From Vicugna vicugna (lineage: Eukaryota): a DNA stretch of 64,000 nt. Below are positions 37,208 to 50,980 of the stretch, one piece after another; the stretch's first letter is position 1; every line of letters starts with the position of its first letter. The position numbers and the translations under genes were made by a program. Under the pieces are notes generated by a model. It had not been told where the DNA came from, searched no databases, and was given only the letters and a program-made list of their open reading frames with translations. The stretch lies in assembly GCA_013265495.1 (NCBI GenBank), contig MU061578.1, forward strand, positions 319,308 through 383,307, read 5' to 3'.

Positions 37208-37927
37208 CAAAACGGAGCAGAACCCAAAGGGGTCTTTCCAATACAGACACTTGCCCGCCCCATGTCCTCTGCCTGCCTTCTGTCTGTAGAAAAACTCCAA
37301 AGAATAAATTTAATCAGAGAAGTGAGAAAATGCAAAAGCAAAAAGGAAAGCAGTCAAACAAGACCAAATAACAATAGTTTAGTCAGTAAACAAATCAAGG
37401 ACATTTAGTTCCTCCTCAAGGGCTATACATGATGTTCTGAGCCATGTCCTTTGAGCTGTTTTGTAGATACTGAAACCCCTGTCATGTGGAAGAAGTTAAC
37501 TACATGATGACCAGACTGTAGCCACGACATAAGCTGCCACAGTTCTGAGAAGTGGCCTCAAAGAAATGGGAACAGACCGAAGCTGGAAATGAAAATAAAC
37601 TGTACTTAAAAATGGTCAAGGTGAAGCTGATCAGACCACCACATGACTAATTTCAAGATGACTGTCAGAGCTGAATGTGCTGTCCTGTATGCAGCCCCCT
37701 CCCTCTGCCTGTACACCCGTGAAGCTCCCCTTTAAAAGCTCTAGCCCACTGACTGCACTGATTGTTCGGGTGGGGAGAGTTGGCCTCTAGATAAGAGTCT
37801 GTCCTCCCCCGCAACCCCGCCCCAGTTGCCAGCCTCTGGAATAAAGCAAACTTTCCTTTCTACCAACACATGCCTCTCTTTGTATTGGCTATTGAGCAGT
37901 GAGCAGCCAGACCCAAGTTTGGTTACA
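37208..37927 (+). mobile_element. ERV1 solo LTR, artiodactyl MER41-like
   Basis: 'gaataaatttaatcagagaagtgagaaaatgca...tttagttcctcctcaagggctata', TATA-like tttaaaag (37731), AATAAA (37840-37845), MER41-type end 'ttggctattgagcagtgagcagccagaccc...ggttaca'. Probable 4-bp TSD aatg/aacg. Confidence 0.8.
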
Positions 37928-39138
37928 AACGGACTGGATGATTACGGGACTGGAGAAGGGAGTGTAAATGAAGAGTGTGACTTAAGGTTAACCGGGGGAC
38001 GGAGACGACTCAATAACAAGTGTTTTTCCAGGCCCAATAGATGCTGACTTCGAGGGTTTCGTATCTTTCTGGACCCTGTCTTCATCACTATAGTGTCCCC
38101 CCAGCACTCAGCACAGTGCCTGGCTCACAACAGCACTCACTTTTCACCCCTGCTCCTCGTAACTGGGAGCATCGTTCACATGTGCACAGAGAGCTAGAAA
38201 TCCTAGATTTAAAAAAGAACTCATTCTGCAGCTGAGCTCTGGGTCAACTTGAGCAAGGCAAGGCAATCAACTTCTTGGCAGAATTTCTTCATTTGTGGAA
38301 TCTGTAAAAATTCCTTTCTTGCACACTTGGCGGGGAGTGGGGGGAGCCATGCAGAAAAGACACAACTGTGCTCCTTACACTGCAGCCACCCGGGGCACTG
38401 CCCAAACTTGAACTGTCTTTGAAGTCTTGCACTTTATTTCTTTTAAAAAAAAAAAAACAATTCTGTATTCTGTTACATAACATATTCAAGTTTGTTTTAA
38501 TAAAAAAATCATGTTGCTTTCCCCCCAAATTGAGTACAGTTGATACTCCAGGAAGATGTCTTTCCCCCTGTATCTTCATATGCCTCCTAGTGCGCTGTGT
38601 GCCCCAGTTAAAAAAAAGCCCTTTGAAAAGAATAAAGCAAAAATAAAAGAAAACTATAAAGCACTGAACAAGTGCAAGGCATCCTTAGAGTTCTTATTTA
38701 TTAATAAATAATTGTTTTTAATAATTAATGCCAATCGAACCCACTTAAATGGCACAAATCCTTTAGGAATTAGAGGTAGCCTCAGCCACAGTGAATGAAA
38801 AGAACATCTCCATTCCTGGCTCAGCTCTGCTGAACGTTTAGTTTTTCTCCATTGCCACTCGCTCTTAGGTTGGGGTTCATTTACATCACACCCGATGGGG
38901 ACAGCAACAAACAGAAACCAAACACACACACGACAGTAGCCATAGTAAAACCACCACCAGGACAACTACACTTAACGTGTGTGAAACATGGTGCTCAGTG
39001 CTTTTCAAATCTGACCTCATTCTTCTGCACAACAGCCACATGAGGGATATTAGATGCCATTTGCAGAAGGGAGGTCAGTCCTTCCAAGGGCACATAGTTA
39101 GGTGAGGGTGGGAGCAGGGTTGAAGTGCAGCTCAAAAG

Positions 39139-39368
39139 CAGAGGTCTGCAAACCACAAACTACATACTATAGGCCAAATGTGGCTCCTGACCTGGTTTTG
39201 TAAATAAAGTTTTATTGAAATACAGCCATGCCTGTTCATTTACCTACTGCCTATGGCTGCTTTCAGGCCATAATGGCAGAGCTGAGTTGTTGCAATAGAG
39301 GTTGTATGGCACACAAAGTGTAAAATATTTACTATGTGACCCCTTACAGGAAAAGTTGGCAGACTCCT
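39139..39368 (+). mobile_element. MER58A hAT-Charlie MITE (beside a - MIR at ~38960-39130)
   Basis: 'ggttttgtaaataaagttttattgaaatacagccatgcc...aaaatatttactat...cccttacaggaaaagttggcagactcct'. Degenerate TSD ctcaaaag/ctctagag. Confidence 0.9.
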
Positions 39369-40299
39369 CTCTAGAGCTGTCACTATTCATCACAATCCTG
39401 ATTTTTAACACCCGAGTTTCTGTCTTGGTGGGAGCCTGACCCTGAAGTCCCATACAGTGCAGAACCACCACAGAACTGAAGGCAACATTTGGTCCAGAAG
39501 AGGAAAGGCTCTGATGGGAGAGCTGAGACCACACCTGCTTTGCTTCCAAACAAGAGACCTGCAGGACTCTGTCCAGATCACCTGTTCTCCACACAGCTGC
39601 TCCTGCAACTTTACACACCCACATCTGAATCCTATCTGTTGACATTTCTACCCTGGCTCCTGCTGCCTTGTGATCACATCCAAATGCTTTAACTTGGCAC
39701 CAGAAGGGTTTTCATGAGCAAGTCCATTCACTTCTTCCTAGCCTCGGTGCCTGACACTGTTTTGAGGATGGGCTTTCTTCTCTGTGCAACAGTTCCATGT
39801 GCCTGAGCATTTTCCTAAAATATGTGCCTCTTACCTGTGTCTCGGATAAGCTGCTGGTATGTCTAGTCAGAGCCCAAGCTAATGCTGTTGGTAAATAGCG
39901 CTCCTACACCTCTAAAGAGAAGAACCCTGTGTGGTTTACCTCCTGGCAATTACTGCCCCAGGTGGTAGGAACACTTGCCTTCTTTCTGTTCCACTCTCCC
40001 TCCTTTCTGCTGGGTGGGTTTCCCTCTCTTCCACCACTCTGACTACTGTAGATTTCAAAGGGGAAGGCGTGTACTTATCTCTTCACCTCTGCCATGCAGA
40101 GGTATAGACTTTAGCACTCTGGCTAAGCCACTGAAAAATGTGTTTCAATGGCCAGTGTGTCTGTAGACTTTGCTCCGCTGGGAAATGAGACATAAGAAGG
40201 GCTCAGAGGTGGGATTTGAGTGTTACTCTGCTCCTGGAGTAACGAGCGCCCTAGTAACGCGCAAACTCATTCTGAGTCTAACAGCCTGTCTCCCTTCAT

Positions 40300-42030
40300 C
40301 TTCATGCTAGAACACGGAACCTCATTCAGCTACCCTGAGACTCAGGAATCTCTACATGTTGCTCCCTTTCTAATAAAATACTTCCTCTCTTTCTCTAACA
40401 GACTAACTCCTACTCAGTTTTAAAAGATCAATGCAGAATTTGGGGGGGGGGGTTCTTCTATGACTCTCCCAGTTGGATTTGTATGTCTCTCCCTCAGGCT
40501 CTAACAGCTTTCTGAACATGCTCCTGTTTGGGCACTGATCACACCTCCCTGCAACTGTGGATTCACTTCTCTGTTCTCCCACTAGACTGGGAAGTCTTTG
40601 AGGGTGGGTACTGTCTCATTCATTCATGTCCTATTCCTCCAAATTAGTACAACTCCTAGTACAGGGTGTGTGTAACATGGAGGGTGCATTTGGCTACAAG
40701 TAATGACTCCTGACCAATAGTGGGCCAAACAGCATCTCATGTGTTCTTTATGGAAGTCCAGCACTCAATGGTCCCAGCACTAGTTCAGGCTCTCACCAAT
40801 GCCATCTAAGATGCAGCTTCTTCAGTCCTTCCATTTTGCCACCTTCTATACTGGGGGAGTTTCCCTTCATGGCCACAAGGTGGATGTCTCAGCTTTGGGC
40901 ATTACATCTTCACATGGCAACTTACAAACAGAATAGAAGGTGGGTGATGAGGTGCCACAAAAGGCTTTCTACATGCATGGCTCTTCTTACATTGCTGGGG
41001 TGGGGGGTAGTTCCTAGAAGTCACCTCCAAATAATTTTTCTTTTTATCGGATAGGCCAAACAAGGTTACACGCCCTCTGTTAAACCACCCTCTGGAAAGG
41101 GGGACTATTTTGATGGTGACTGGTTTATAAGAGTGATAGTTTATCGATGGTAAATCCCAAATGTCTATTCACTGCATAAATTCTGTATGTGGAGGACAAT
41201 TTATATTCAAAGAATCATTGTCATTAATAAAAGATGAGGGCTTCCCTGGCCCACTTTCACAAGGGGGTGATTTCCCAGTGAAAGCAAGGTGGGAAAAGCT
41301 ACACTATTCAATACTCCACCCTCACCCACCATGCCAGAGAGAAAGTAAGAAGACGCACGTAGTGTGTGGAACCATACACTACTGGCCACCACTGACCACA
41401 CGGACAACCTGATGCTTCCAGAACAGGTCTGAGTTCTCCTAGGTTCAATGACCAATTATTGAGAAGCTACTAAAAGCACCATTCCCAGTTTCAAACACTG
41501 GGGGTTAGAGCTGCAAATAGGACAAAGCTCTTCATGAAGCTTTTATCAAGGGGAGATCCACAGTGGACAGAGGAGATGAAGGAATCGACCAGCTGGTGAG
41601 GTTTGTATTCTATGACTCATTCATTCATTCATTCACTCATCAAATATTTATTGCAAAGCTACTATGTGCCAACCACTGTTACCCATGTTGGAGACTCCAG
41701 CAAGCAGAACAAGACAGAAAGGATCCCTGTTTCCATGACACTTATGTTCTACTTGGGGAGACAGATGATAAGGATGGGAAGATATAAATAAGAAAAGGAT
41801 ATCTAGAAATAAGTGCTGCTGATAAACAGGGTGAGAGGTGGAAAATGAACGGGAGAAGATTGAGTTACATGAAAGTGTGTGTGCACGCACTCTAAGCAGA
41901 GTGTAAAAGACTAGACGTGGGGAATAATTTTGGCTGTTCAAGGCATGTTCGGGGGACTGATGGGAGTGAGATGGGGGACATTCCAGGGACAAGGTGAGGT
42001 TATGACAGAAGGCAGGGGCTCTGCAGGCCA
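40300..42030. mobile_element. L2 fragments (+ ~40300-40670; - ~41450-42030) with an old MLT1 LTR (-, ~40670-41150)
   Basis: 'cccactagactgggaagtctttgagggtggg'; 'tttggctacaagtaat...ttcatggccacaagg'; 'cattcattcactcatcaaatatttattg...ctactatgtgcc'. Confidence 0.65.
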
Positions 42031-42827
42031 CGCTTAGGAACTTTAAAAAAATACATTTGCCCTACCTATTCTTGTGCTAGCATGAGCAACATAGATAAGA
42101 AATGCATAAAACACTTCAAATAGCAGCTGTGGGGCTTGCTTGAACACATTATTTGTTATTATGTTATTTGAATTGTAGGATGCAGCCAGCATGAATACGG
42201 CTGTTTGCACAGCCTTATTTGCTTGGTATACTGTGGTCCTGGTTAATGCAGGCGTCTGTGCAATCTTCCTGTGTTCTATAGCTTCCCGAGAGAAGCACCA
42301 TCGTGGATTCAATAAAGCTAGCAATAAAGTCCATATTAATAATGTATGCACAGTTATATATGTCTATTTATAAGGTGTAGAATTGCAGTCCAAATGCATC
42401 CCTTCTCTCTCCTCAGATGAATGTAAGTGGCCCCAACTATGTTAGATGAGGTTTCTCTCCCAACCCGACACCCTTTTTCACCACACTGCATATTAAGAGC
42501 TGAGCTAAGTGCTGTACCAGCCCTGGGACCACTGCGTACACATTGCCCCTTGGATCTGAGACAATTACTTATGCAGGAAATAGGAGATAAAGCATGCCTA
42601 GAAACATGCTATGATTCACAGCTGAAAAGAGGAATAAGTAACTGGGAAACCATATGAATAAAGAGATAAATAAGCTTCCTTGGAAGGCATTATTTACATG
42701 AGGAGTTCAGTGAGGCAGGAGAATGCAGGAAATGAAGGCATTTGATGTGTTATGTGTACCTACTATGTGTCACAGAATATGCTAGGATATAAGTGTGCAT
42801 GTGTGTGTGACTGTGCATGTGTGTGCA

Positions 42828-43183
42828 TGCTACAGACTCAATGTCTGTGTCTCCCCCAAATCCATATGTTGAAACTTAATCTTCAATGTGATGATAATTG
42901 GAGATGGGGTCTTTGGGATGTTATTAGATCATGAGAGCGAAGCCCTCATGAATGAGACTAGTGCCCTTATTAAAGAAAGCTTCTTCATCCCTTCCACCAT
43001 GTGAGACACAAAGAAAATGTGGGTCCCCTGTAAACCAGGAAGTGGGTCCTCACCAGACACTAAATCTTTTGGTGCCTTATCTTGGACTTCCCAGCCTCCA
43101 GAAATGTGAGAAATAAATTTCTCTTATTTATAAACTACCCAGTCTACCATATTCTTTTATAGCACCCCAAATGAACTACGACA
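42828..43183 (+). mobile_element. MLT1A0-type solo LTR
   Basis: 'tgctacagactcaatgtctgtgtctccccc...ttggacttcccagcctccagaaatgtgagaaataaatt...gaactacgaca'. Confidence 0.9.
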
Positions 43184-43339
43184 ATATATATTTTTTCCGT
43201 ATAACAGAAACACTCAGGACATTGACATAAAGGGGGCAACTATTATTTATGGAAACCTGCTAGGTGCTAGATGGTTCTATATACATTGTTTCATTTCACT
43301 GACTCCTCATACCAAACCCATAATGCCACTGGCCAGTCT

Positions 43340-43680
43340 GGATACAGTAAGTATCGCTGCTGTAGCAAGTGACCCCATGGCCTCGGTGGCTTTTAATAAC
43401 AGAGGCTTATCTCTCAATCATACTACACGCTCATTGTATGGATCACATGCCTCTCTGCTCCATGAAAGCTTTGCTGTGGGATCCAGATAGCTGGAGTAGA
43501 ATCCACCTGGAGCACTGCCAGTCATTGTGGCTGGGGGAAAAGACTACCCGGTGAGCCACAGAGGGACAATGAAAACTTCTCCCTGGGACTGACATGTATC
43601 TGTTCACATTTAATTGGCCAGAGCAAGTCAAATGACCAGTCTGAGCTGAACAGGGCCAGCATGTATAATCTTCATAAGAG
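43340..43680 (-). mobile_element. Old MLT1 (I/J-like) LTR
   Basis: 'gctgctgtagcaagtgaccc...gtggcttttaataacagagg...gttcacatttaattggccagagcaagtca'. Confidence 0.65.
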
Positions 43681-45084
43681 CCTCCTCACAGGTATCCCTG
43701 CCTCCCGTCAGAATAATAACCTTTCCAAAGCACAAATCAAGCCATGCATCTTGGGTTAAAACCCTTCATTCTTTCTCCCTTTCAGCAATCCCATTCAGAA
43801 ATCATTTACAAAAATACCTACTATGTGGAAGCATTTAGTAGGCTTTAAGATCACGGTAGTCACTTTCACCATCTTTATGGGGTTTATAGTCTGGAAGGGG
43901 AGACCAAATTTAGCCAACAACACAAGAACGTATAAAATGGCAACTGTGATAAATTCTACAAGGGAGAGATATGGGATAAAGTCCAAACTCATAAAGGATG
44001 CATCATGGTGGCTTGCTATTTTTGCACAGTGCTTTTCTCTCTCTGTCATGAATCTTAAGATTTTGTAGAGCAGGAAGTGTGCCTTCTTTATAACTTCATA
44101 TTCTGAGACTTCTCTAGAGCCTGTTACATAACAGGAGCTTATTATTCCTTGTTGGTTGATTGAGTGAATAAATAAACCATGTATTTTATTCTGTGAATTA
44201 TACTTGCTTGTATTTCTAAACCTGCGGTGGAAATGGGAGAGATATCAGGCAATGGGGATGAAAAGAAAGGTAAATAATGTTTCAGTCCATGGGCGCTGAC
44301 ATCACAACACCTCAGGCTGGGTCCCGACAGAGGTGCTCACTAATTGTAAGATCTTGAATAAATTATATTGATACTCTGTGATCCTTAACACTTATCCCTT
44401 GGCGGTGGGGGGGGTGTTGAAAATTGAATAAAAAGCATGTAAAGCGTTTTCCATGATGCCTGAGCAATGATAATCACTCAGTAAGTAGTAGGCCACAAGA
44501 CCACATCAGCATTAGTATTATTTATTGAGGATATACAATGTTCTAAACATTTGGAGGGTACTTAACGTGCATCATCCAATGCAATTCTCACAGATCATTC
44601 CATTGTACAGATGCATACACTGAGGTCCAGAGAGTTGAAATAACTTTTGCTAAAGCACACAGAGAGTAAACCTTAATGTAAGGAAAATCACATAAGCTTT
44701 TGCCTAAGCTCTTTAAGGACAAGGGGGAAATGACAAACTAACTCTCTGTTGGGGTCGATTCAAACACTGATCTTCAGCAGTTTCTGTCCTTTCCTTAACA
44801 GTCATTATAGGCCCAGGGATTTGGTGTAACCCGCTAGTTTGCAGAAACTGACATTCTGTCCCTTCACAAGGCCTCCCAAAGTAGAATCACTTTCAATGTA
44901 TTTTACTTGTAGTGTTTTTCATCTGTGAAAGCCATCCCACTTTTTTAGAACTTCTATGAATAATTAAAACACATAAAATGCAGCCGACTTTCTCTAAGGA
45001 CATAAACTGATTAAAAAAATATATACCTGGCATATAGCAAGTACTAAAAATACGGCAATTATTATTAAGAAAAGATAGTATAGA

Positions 45085-46030
45085 CAACTAGTCAAGAAAA
45101 AAGGAAATAAAAGGCATCCAGATTGAGAAGAAAGATGTAGAACTATCTCTATTTTGAGATGACACGATCTTGTCTGGACAAAATATGAAGGAATCCTTCC
45201 CTCCCACATACACACACTTATTAGAGCTAATGAATGAGTTCAGCAAGTTTGCAGGATATAGTATCTTTCTATAAAAATCAGCCACATTTCCCTATACTAA
45301 CAATGCACAATTTAAAAACAAAATAAAAAATTTATTTACAATACCATCAAAAGGAATAAAATACTTAGAAATAAGTGAACAAAAGAAGTAGAAGGCTTAT
45401 ACACCAAAAACTGCAAATCAATGCTGAAAGAAATTAAGGATGACAAATAAATAGAAAGACATCCGTGTTCATGGATTGGAAGACTTAATCAAAATTCCAG
45501 GTGCCTTTTTTTGTAGAAATTGGCAAGCTGATCCTAAAGTAATATGGAAATGCAAGTGGCCCAGAGGAGCCAAAACCATCTGGAAAAAGAACAAAGTTGG
45601 CAAACTCACATTTCCTGTTGGGAACAATCCAATTATCTGTCAACAGATGAATGGCTAAACAAAACGTAGTAGATCCTGCTAAAGAATATTATTCAGCCAC
45701 AAAAAGGAATGGAGTGTTGACACTTGCTATGACATGGTTGAATCCTGAAGACATGCTAAATAAAAACAGCCAGATACAAAAGTCTACGTGTTTTATGATT
45801 CTACTTGACATGTCCAGAAAAGGAACACTTATAGAGGCAGAAAGTAGATACTGTTGCCAGGGGCTGGGGGTAGTGAGGAATGGGGAGTGACTGTTAATTG
45901 GTAAGGAATTTTTTGAGGGCTATTGAAAATATTCTGGAATTAGAGTGGTGATAATTGTACAATCTTGTGACTATACTGAAAACCGCTGAATTATATACTT
46001 TAAAAGGGTGAATTTTATGGTATATGAATT
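45085..46030 (+). mobile_element. Old L1M (MB/MC) with ORF2 remnants and 3' UTR, internally deleted
   Basis: 'aaaaaaggaaataaaaggcatccagattg...gagctaatgaatgagttcagcaagtttgcaggata', jumping at ~45617 to the 3' UTR 'gaattttatggtatatgaattatatctaattaaaaaaa'. Confidence 0.85.
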
Positions 46031-46157
46031 ATATCTAATTAAAAAAAGAAAATTTAGTATAGGATGACCCATACTCCTCTATGACCAATAACTGCCTCTA
46101 TGTTCAGGTATCTGCTCTGATACTATCACATGACCTTGTGCATAGTATCCAACTTTT

Positions 46158-49012
46158 TTTTTAACTTTTTTTTATTGATTTATAGTAATTTTACAATGTT
46201 GTGTCAAATTCCAGTGTAGAGCACAATTTTTCAGTTATACATGAACATACATATATTCATTGTCACATTTTTTTTGCTGTGAGCTACCACAAGATCTTGT
46301 ATATATTTTCCTGTGCTATACAGTATAATCTTTTTTATCTATTCTACATATGCCTGTCAGTATCTACAAATTTTGAACTCCCAGTCTGTCCCTTCCCACC
46401 CTCCACCCACCCTGGCAATCACAAGTTTGTATTCTATGACTATGAGTCTGTTTCTGTTTTGTATTTATGTTCTTTTTTTTTTTTTTAGATTCCACATACG
46501 AGTGACCCCATACAGTATTTTTCTTTCTCTTTCTGGCTTACTTCACTTAGAATGACAGTCTCCAGGGCCATCCATGTTGCTGCAAATAGCATTATGCTGT
46601 CATTTTTTATGGCTGAATAGCATTCCATTGTATAAATATACCACAGCTTCTTTATTCAGTCATCTGTCGATGGACATTTAGGCTGTTTCCATGTCTTGGC
46701 TATTGTAACTAGTGCTGCTATGAACATTAGGATGCAGGTGTCTTTTTGAAGTAGGGTTCCTTCTGGATATATGCCCAGAAGTGGGATTCCTGGGTCATAT
46801 GGTAAGTCTATTCCCAGTCTTTTGAGGAATCTCCATACTGTTTTCCACAGTGGCTGCACCAAACTGCATTCCCACAAGCAGTGTAGGAGAGTTCCCCTTT
46901 CTCCACAGCCTCTTCAGCATTTGTCATTTGTGGACATTTGAATGATGGCCATTCTGGCTGTTGTGAGATGATACCTCATTGTAGTTTTGATTTGCATTTC
47001 TCTGATAATTAGTGACACTGAGTATTTTTTCATGTGTGTATTGATCATTTGTATTTCTTCCTTGGAGAATTGCTTGTTTAGGTCTTTTGCCCATTTTTGG
47101 ATTGGGTTGTTTGTTTTTTACTTATTAAGTCGTATGAGCTGCTTATATATTCTGGAGATCAAGCCTTTGTCAGTTTCATCGTTTGCAAAAATGTTCTCCC
47201 ATTCTGTAGGTTGTCGTTTTGTTTTACTTATGGTTTCCTTTGCTGTGCAGAAGCTTGTAAGTTTAATTAGGTCTCATTTGTTTATTCTTGTTTTTATTTC
47301 TATTGCTTGAGTGGGCTGCCCTAGGAGAACATTTTTGAGATGTATATGAGGTAATGTTTTGCCTATATTTTCTTCTAGGAGGTTTACTGTATCTTGTCTT
47401 ATGTTTAAGTCTTTGATCCATTTTGAGTTTATTTTTGTGTATGGTGTAAGGGAGTGTTCTAAGCTTCATTGTTTTACATGCTGCTGTCCAGTTTTCCCAA
47501 CACCATTTGCTGAAGAGACTGTCTGTTCCATTGTATATTCTTGCCTCCTATGTCGAAGATCAGTTGACCAAAAGTTTTTGGGTTCATTTCTGGGCTCTCT
47601 ATTCTGTTCCATTGGTCCATATGTCTGCTTTTGTACCAATACCATGCTGTCTTGATGACTGTAGCTCTGTAGTATTGTCTGAAGTCTGGGAGAGTTATTC
47701 CTCCAGCCTCTTTCTTTTTCTTCAGTAATGCTTTGGAAATTCTAGGTCTTTGGTGGTTCCATATAAATTTTATTATGATTTGTTCTAGTTCTGTGAAATA
47801 TGTCCTGGGTAATTGGATAGGGATTGCATTAAATCTGTAGATTGCCTTGGGCAGTGTGACCATTTTAACAATATTGATTCTTCCAACCCAGGAGCATGGG
47901 ATACCGTTCCATTTTTTTAAGTCTTCTTTAATTTCCTTCTTCAATGGTTTATAGTTTTCCATGTGTAAGTCTTTCGCCTTGATTAGATTTATTCCTAGGT
48001 ATTTTGTTACTTTGGGTGATATTTTAAAGGGGATTGTTTCTTTACTTTTTCTGTTGATTGTTAGTGTAAAGAAATGCAACTGATTTTTGTACGTTAATCT
48101 GGTAACCTGCTACCTTGCTGAATTCTTCGATTAGTTCTAGTTTTTGTGTGGATCTTTAAGGGTTTTCTATATATAGTATAATGTCATCTGCATATAGTGA
48201 CACTTTCACCTCTTCTTTTCCAATTTGGATCCCTTTTATTTCTCTCTCTTGCCTGTTTGCTGTGGCTAGGACTTCTAAGACTAGGGTCTTTTGTTGAACA
48301 GGAGTGGTGACAGTGGGCAGCCTTGTCTTGTCCCAGATTTTAGTAGGAAGCTTTTGAGTTTTTCACCACTGGGTACTATGCTGGCTGTAGGTTTGTCATA
48401 TATAGCTTTTATCATGTTGAGATATGTTCCCTCTATATTCACTTTGGTGAGAGTTTTTATCATAAATGGGTGTTGAATTTTATCAAATGCTGTTTCTGCA
48501 TCTATTGAGATGATCATATGGTCATCATTTTGTCCTTTCTCTTGTTGATGTGATGTATTACATTGATTGATTTGCATATGTTGAACCATCCTTGTGTCCC
48601 TGAGATGAACCCCACTCGATCATGATGTATAATCTTTTATACGTGCTGTTGGATTCTATTTGCTAATATTTTGGTAAGGATTTTTGCATCTATGTTCATC
48701 AGTGATATTGGTATGTAATTCTCTTCTTTGGTGTGTCTTTGCCTGGTTTTGGTATCAGGGTGATGGTGGCTTCATAGAATGAGTTTGGGAGTATTACCTC
48801 CTTTTCAACCTTATGGAAGAGTTTGAGAAGGACTGGTATGAGCTCTTCATTGTATGTTTGGTAGAATTCCCCAGGCAAGCCATCTGGTCCTGGACCTTTA
48901 TTTGTAGGGAGGTTTTTTATTGCAAATTTGATTTCATTTCTGGTGATCAGTTTGTTCAAGTGGTCAGTTTGTTCTTGATTCAGTCTTGGTGGACTGTATG
49001 TTTCCAGAAACT
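46158..49012 (-). mobile_element. Lineage-specific (camelid-type) L1, 5'-truncated, ~2.85 kb, inserted into a + MIR
   Basis: Poly(T) and 3' UTR at the left end, then ORF2 C-terminal half. 17-bp TSD catagtatccaactttt (46141-46157) / catgatatccaactttt (49013-49029). TTTT/AA endonuclease site. Confidence 0.95.
46656..49010 (-). pseudogene. Disrupted L1 ORF2 (reverse transcriptase and C-terminal region)
   Basis: Fragments in several frames: '[15 protein letters not shown]', '[13 protein letters not shown]...[13 protein letters not shown]', YADD at 48183-48194, '[14 protein letters not shown]...AWYWYK', '[14 protein letters not shown]'. Multiple frameshifts. Confidence 0.93.
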
Positions 49013-49149
49013 CATGATATCCAACTTTTAAGTACATCAGTGTCCTAATCTGAATAAGGGATAACAGGGCCTCTAAGTCACAGGATACATGTGAAGTGCC
49101 AAGGACAGTCCTCAGCATGCAGTAAGAGCTCAATAAATTGCTATCCTTG

Positions 49150-49760
49150 ATCCAGAGGAGTTATAACCCGGACAGATAGTTAACAATAACCAATAAACAG
49201 AAAATGATAATATAGCATGTCAAGGGCTGTGATGGAGAAAAACAGGAGGCATTTTCGGGGCAGTTGTGCAGGCTGTCTTACTCAGCCTGGGGAAGCAGGT
49301 AAGTCTTCCTGAAGAAGATGGTAACTTGGATGAGCTTGAAGGACAAGAAGGCAAAGCAGATTTTAGTAACTGTAGATAAAGCAGCACATTCAAGGCTCTG
49401 ATTTGAGAAAAAAAGTGTAGAGAGAATGGGAGATGAGGCAGGACTAAGATATAGGGACTGGGATGGCAAGTAGGGACTAAGGTACAAAAAACATCATGAC
49501 TTTTTTGTTTCTTTTTTATAAAGAATTAGGTTTTTTTCTTGGGGACAATTGGGGGTCATTGAGGAGTTTTAAATAAGGAATGTCAGAATTAGACTTGCTT
49601 TTTATAAAGATCCCTATGGCTAAGGGGTGGACAATATTTTAGGGATGGGCACACACAAAAAATGCAGAAAGATCAGTTAGGACGCTAGCTTGCTTTTCCA
49701 GGCTGTGAGGATACAGGGCCAGCAAGTAGAAGGAAATCACTACAATCCAGGTAGGTAACC
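49150..49760 (-). mobile_element. L2 fragments
   Basis: 'gtcttcctgaagaagatggtaactt...gcttgaagga', 'gaggagttttaaataaggaatgtcag...aaagatccctatggct'. Confidence 0.6.
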
Positions 49761-50980
49761 AATGAGGGCTGGACGAGGAGTGACTATGAAGGACAGAGAC
49801 CTGACTAGGGTGGGTTTTGGGTCCTTGATTCAGCTGAGAGGCGAATGTGGTAACTTCTGCTGAGATGGAGACTCTGGGAGGAGGAGTACATGCGGAGGAA
49901 GAAACAAAATGATTTTAAGGTGAGATTCAGGTGTGTGTAAACCTCCAGGTTCTGGCACCAGTTCTGCAAGGTCATGATCAACAGCCCCATTCTTAAATTC
50001 AGGCATTCATCACTTCTAAAAAGCTAGCATCTCCTGAGTTCTCACACTTGAAGCTGCTATCACTCTCAGGTAACTTTGTGTGAGCTTGGTCAAGCCAGTT
50101 GGTTCTTTGAACTTGGATTTTATTACCAGTAAATCTGGGTAAATGGCAATCCTCCCCCATGTCGTTCAGAGGGAGAGTTCGTGGGGATGAAATGTAATCT
50201 GTGTGTAAAAGTGATGTATGTGTTGTAAAGTGTTGTATACACAGAAAGTGTTATCATTATAACATACAATAAGGTAAATGTTAATTCTATGAAAAATGAA
50301 GGGTTTTGGAACCAGTTTTCATAAATACTATAAATGCCTGGATCAATCATAATAATGTTAATTAATACAGAGCATCTATTTGACACTTCACTGACACACT
50401 GCATCTACTATCTAGGCAGATACTTCCCTGTGTAGACAAGGCTGAAACCATCATTTGGTAGATGAGGAAATAAAGATGATGAGCACTTAAATATTTCCCA
50501 AAGTCACCTAGCTATTAAGTATCAGAAATGATCTGACTCCTAATCCAAGACGCTGCCCTCCACACCGTATGTTCTGCTAAAAAGTCACTGCAATTTATGT
50601 CAATTGCAGAGACTGCTATTGCCTACCTAAAGGCTATTCTCCCCTGTTACTTAGCAGTAAACTCTGATTATATCTGGTGTGTCAAAGTACTCAGCTACCA
50701 CAGTACATATTCCAGTCTTCCTTGTGGCCAGGTGTGTCTATGTGACTAAGTTCTCCTCAGTTATACACAAGTGGGAATATATGGGGTTGTGAGAAAGATC
50801 TTCTAGGATACACCAATTTCATTGGGAAGTGGATCCTTTTTTACTTTCCCTCTTCCTGCTGAAGGACATGGAAGGGGGACATGATGGCTAGAGTTCTACC
50901 AGCCATACTGGATGCCTGAAGATGACAGTCTGAATTCCTAAGATACCCTATCAGCCCTGAACTTCCTACCTCTAAACTTT

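Noticed and set aside
47474..48079. 201-aa ORF as a functional gene
   Set aside because: It is a fragment of frameshifted, 5'-truncated L1 ORF2 and cannot be autonomous.
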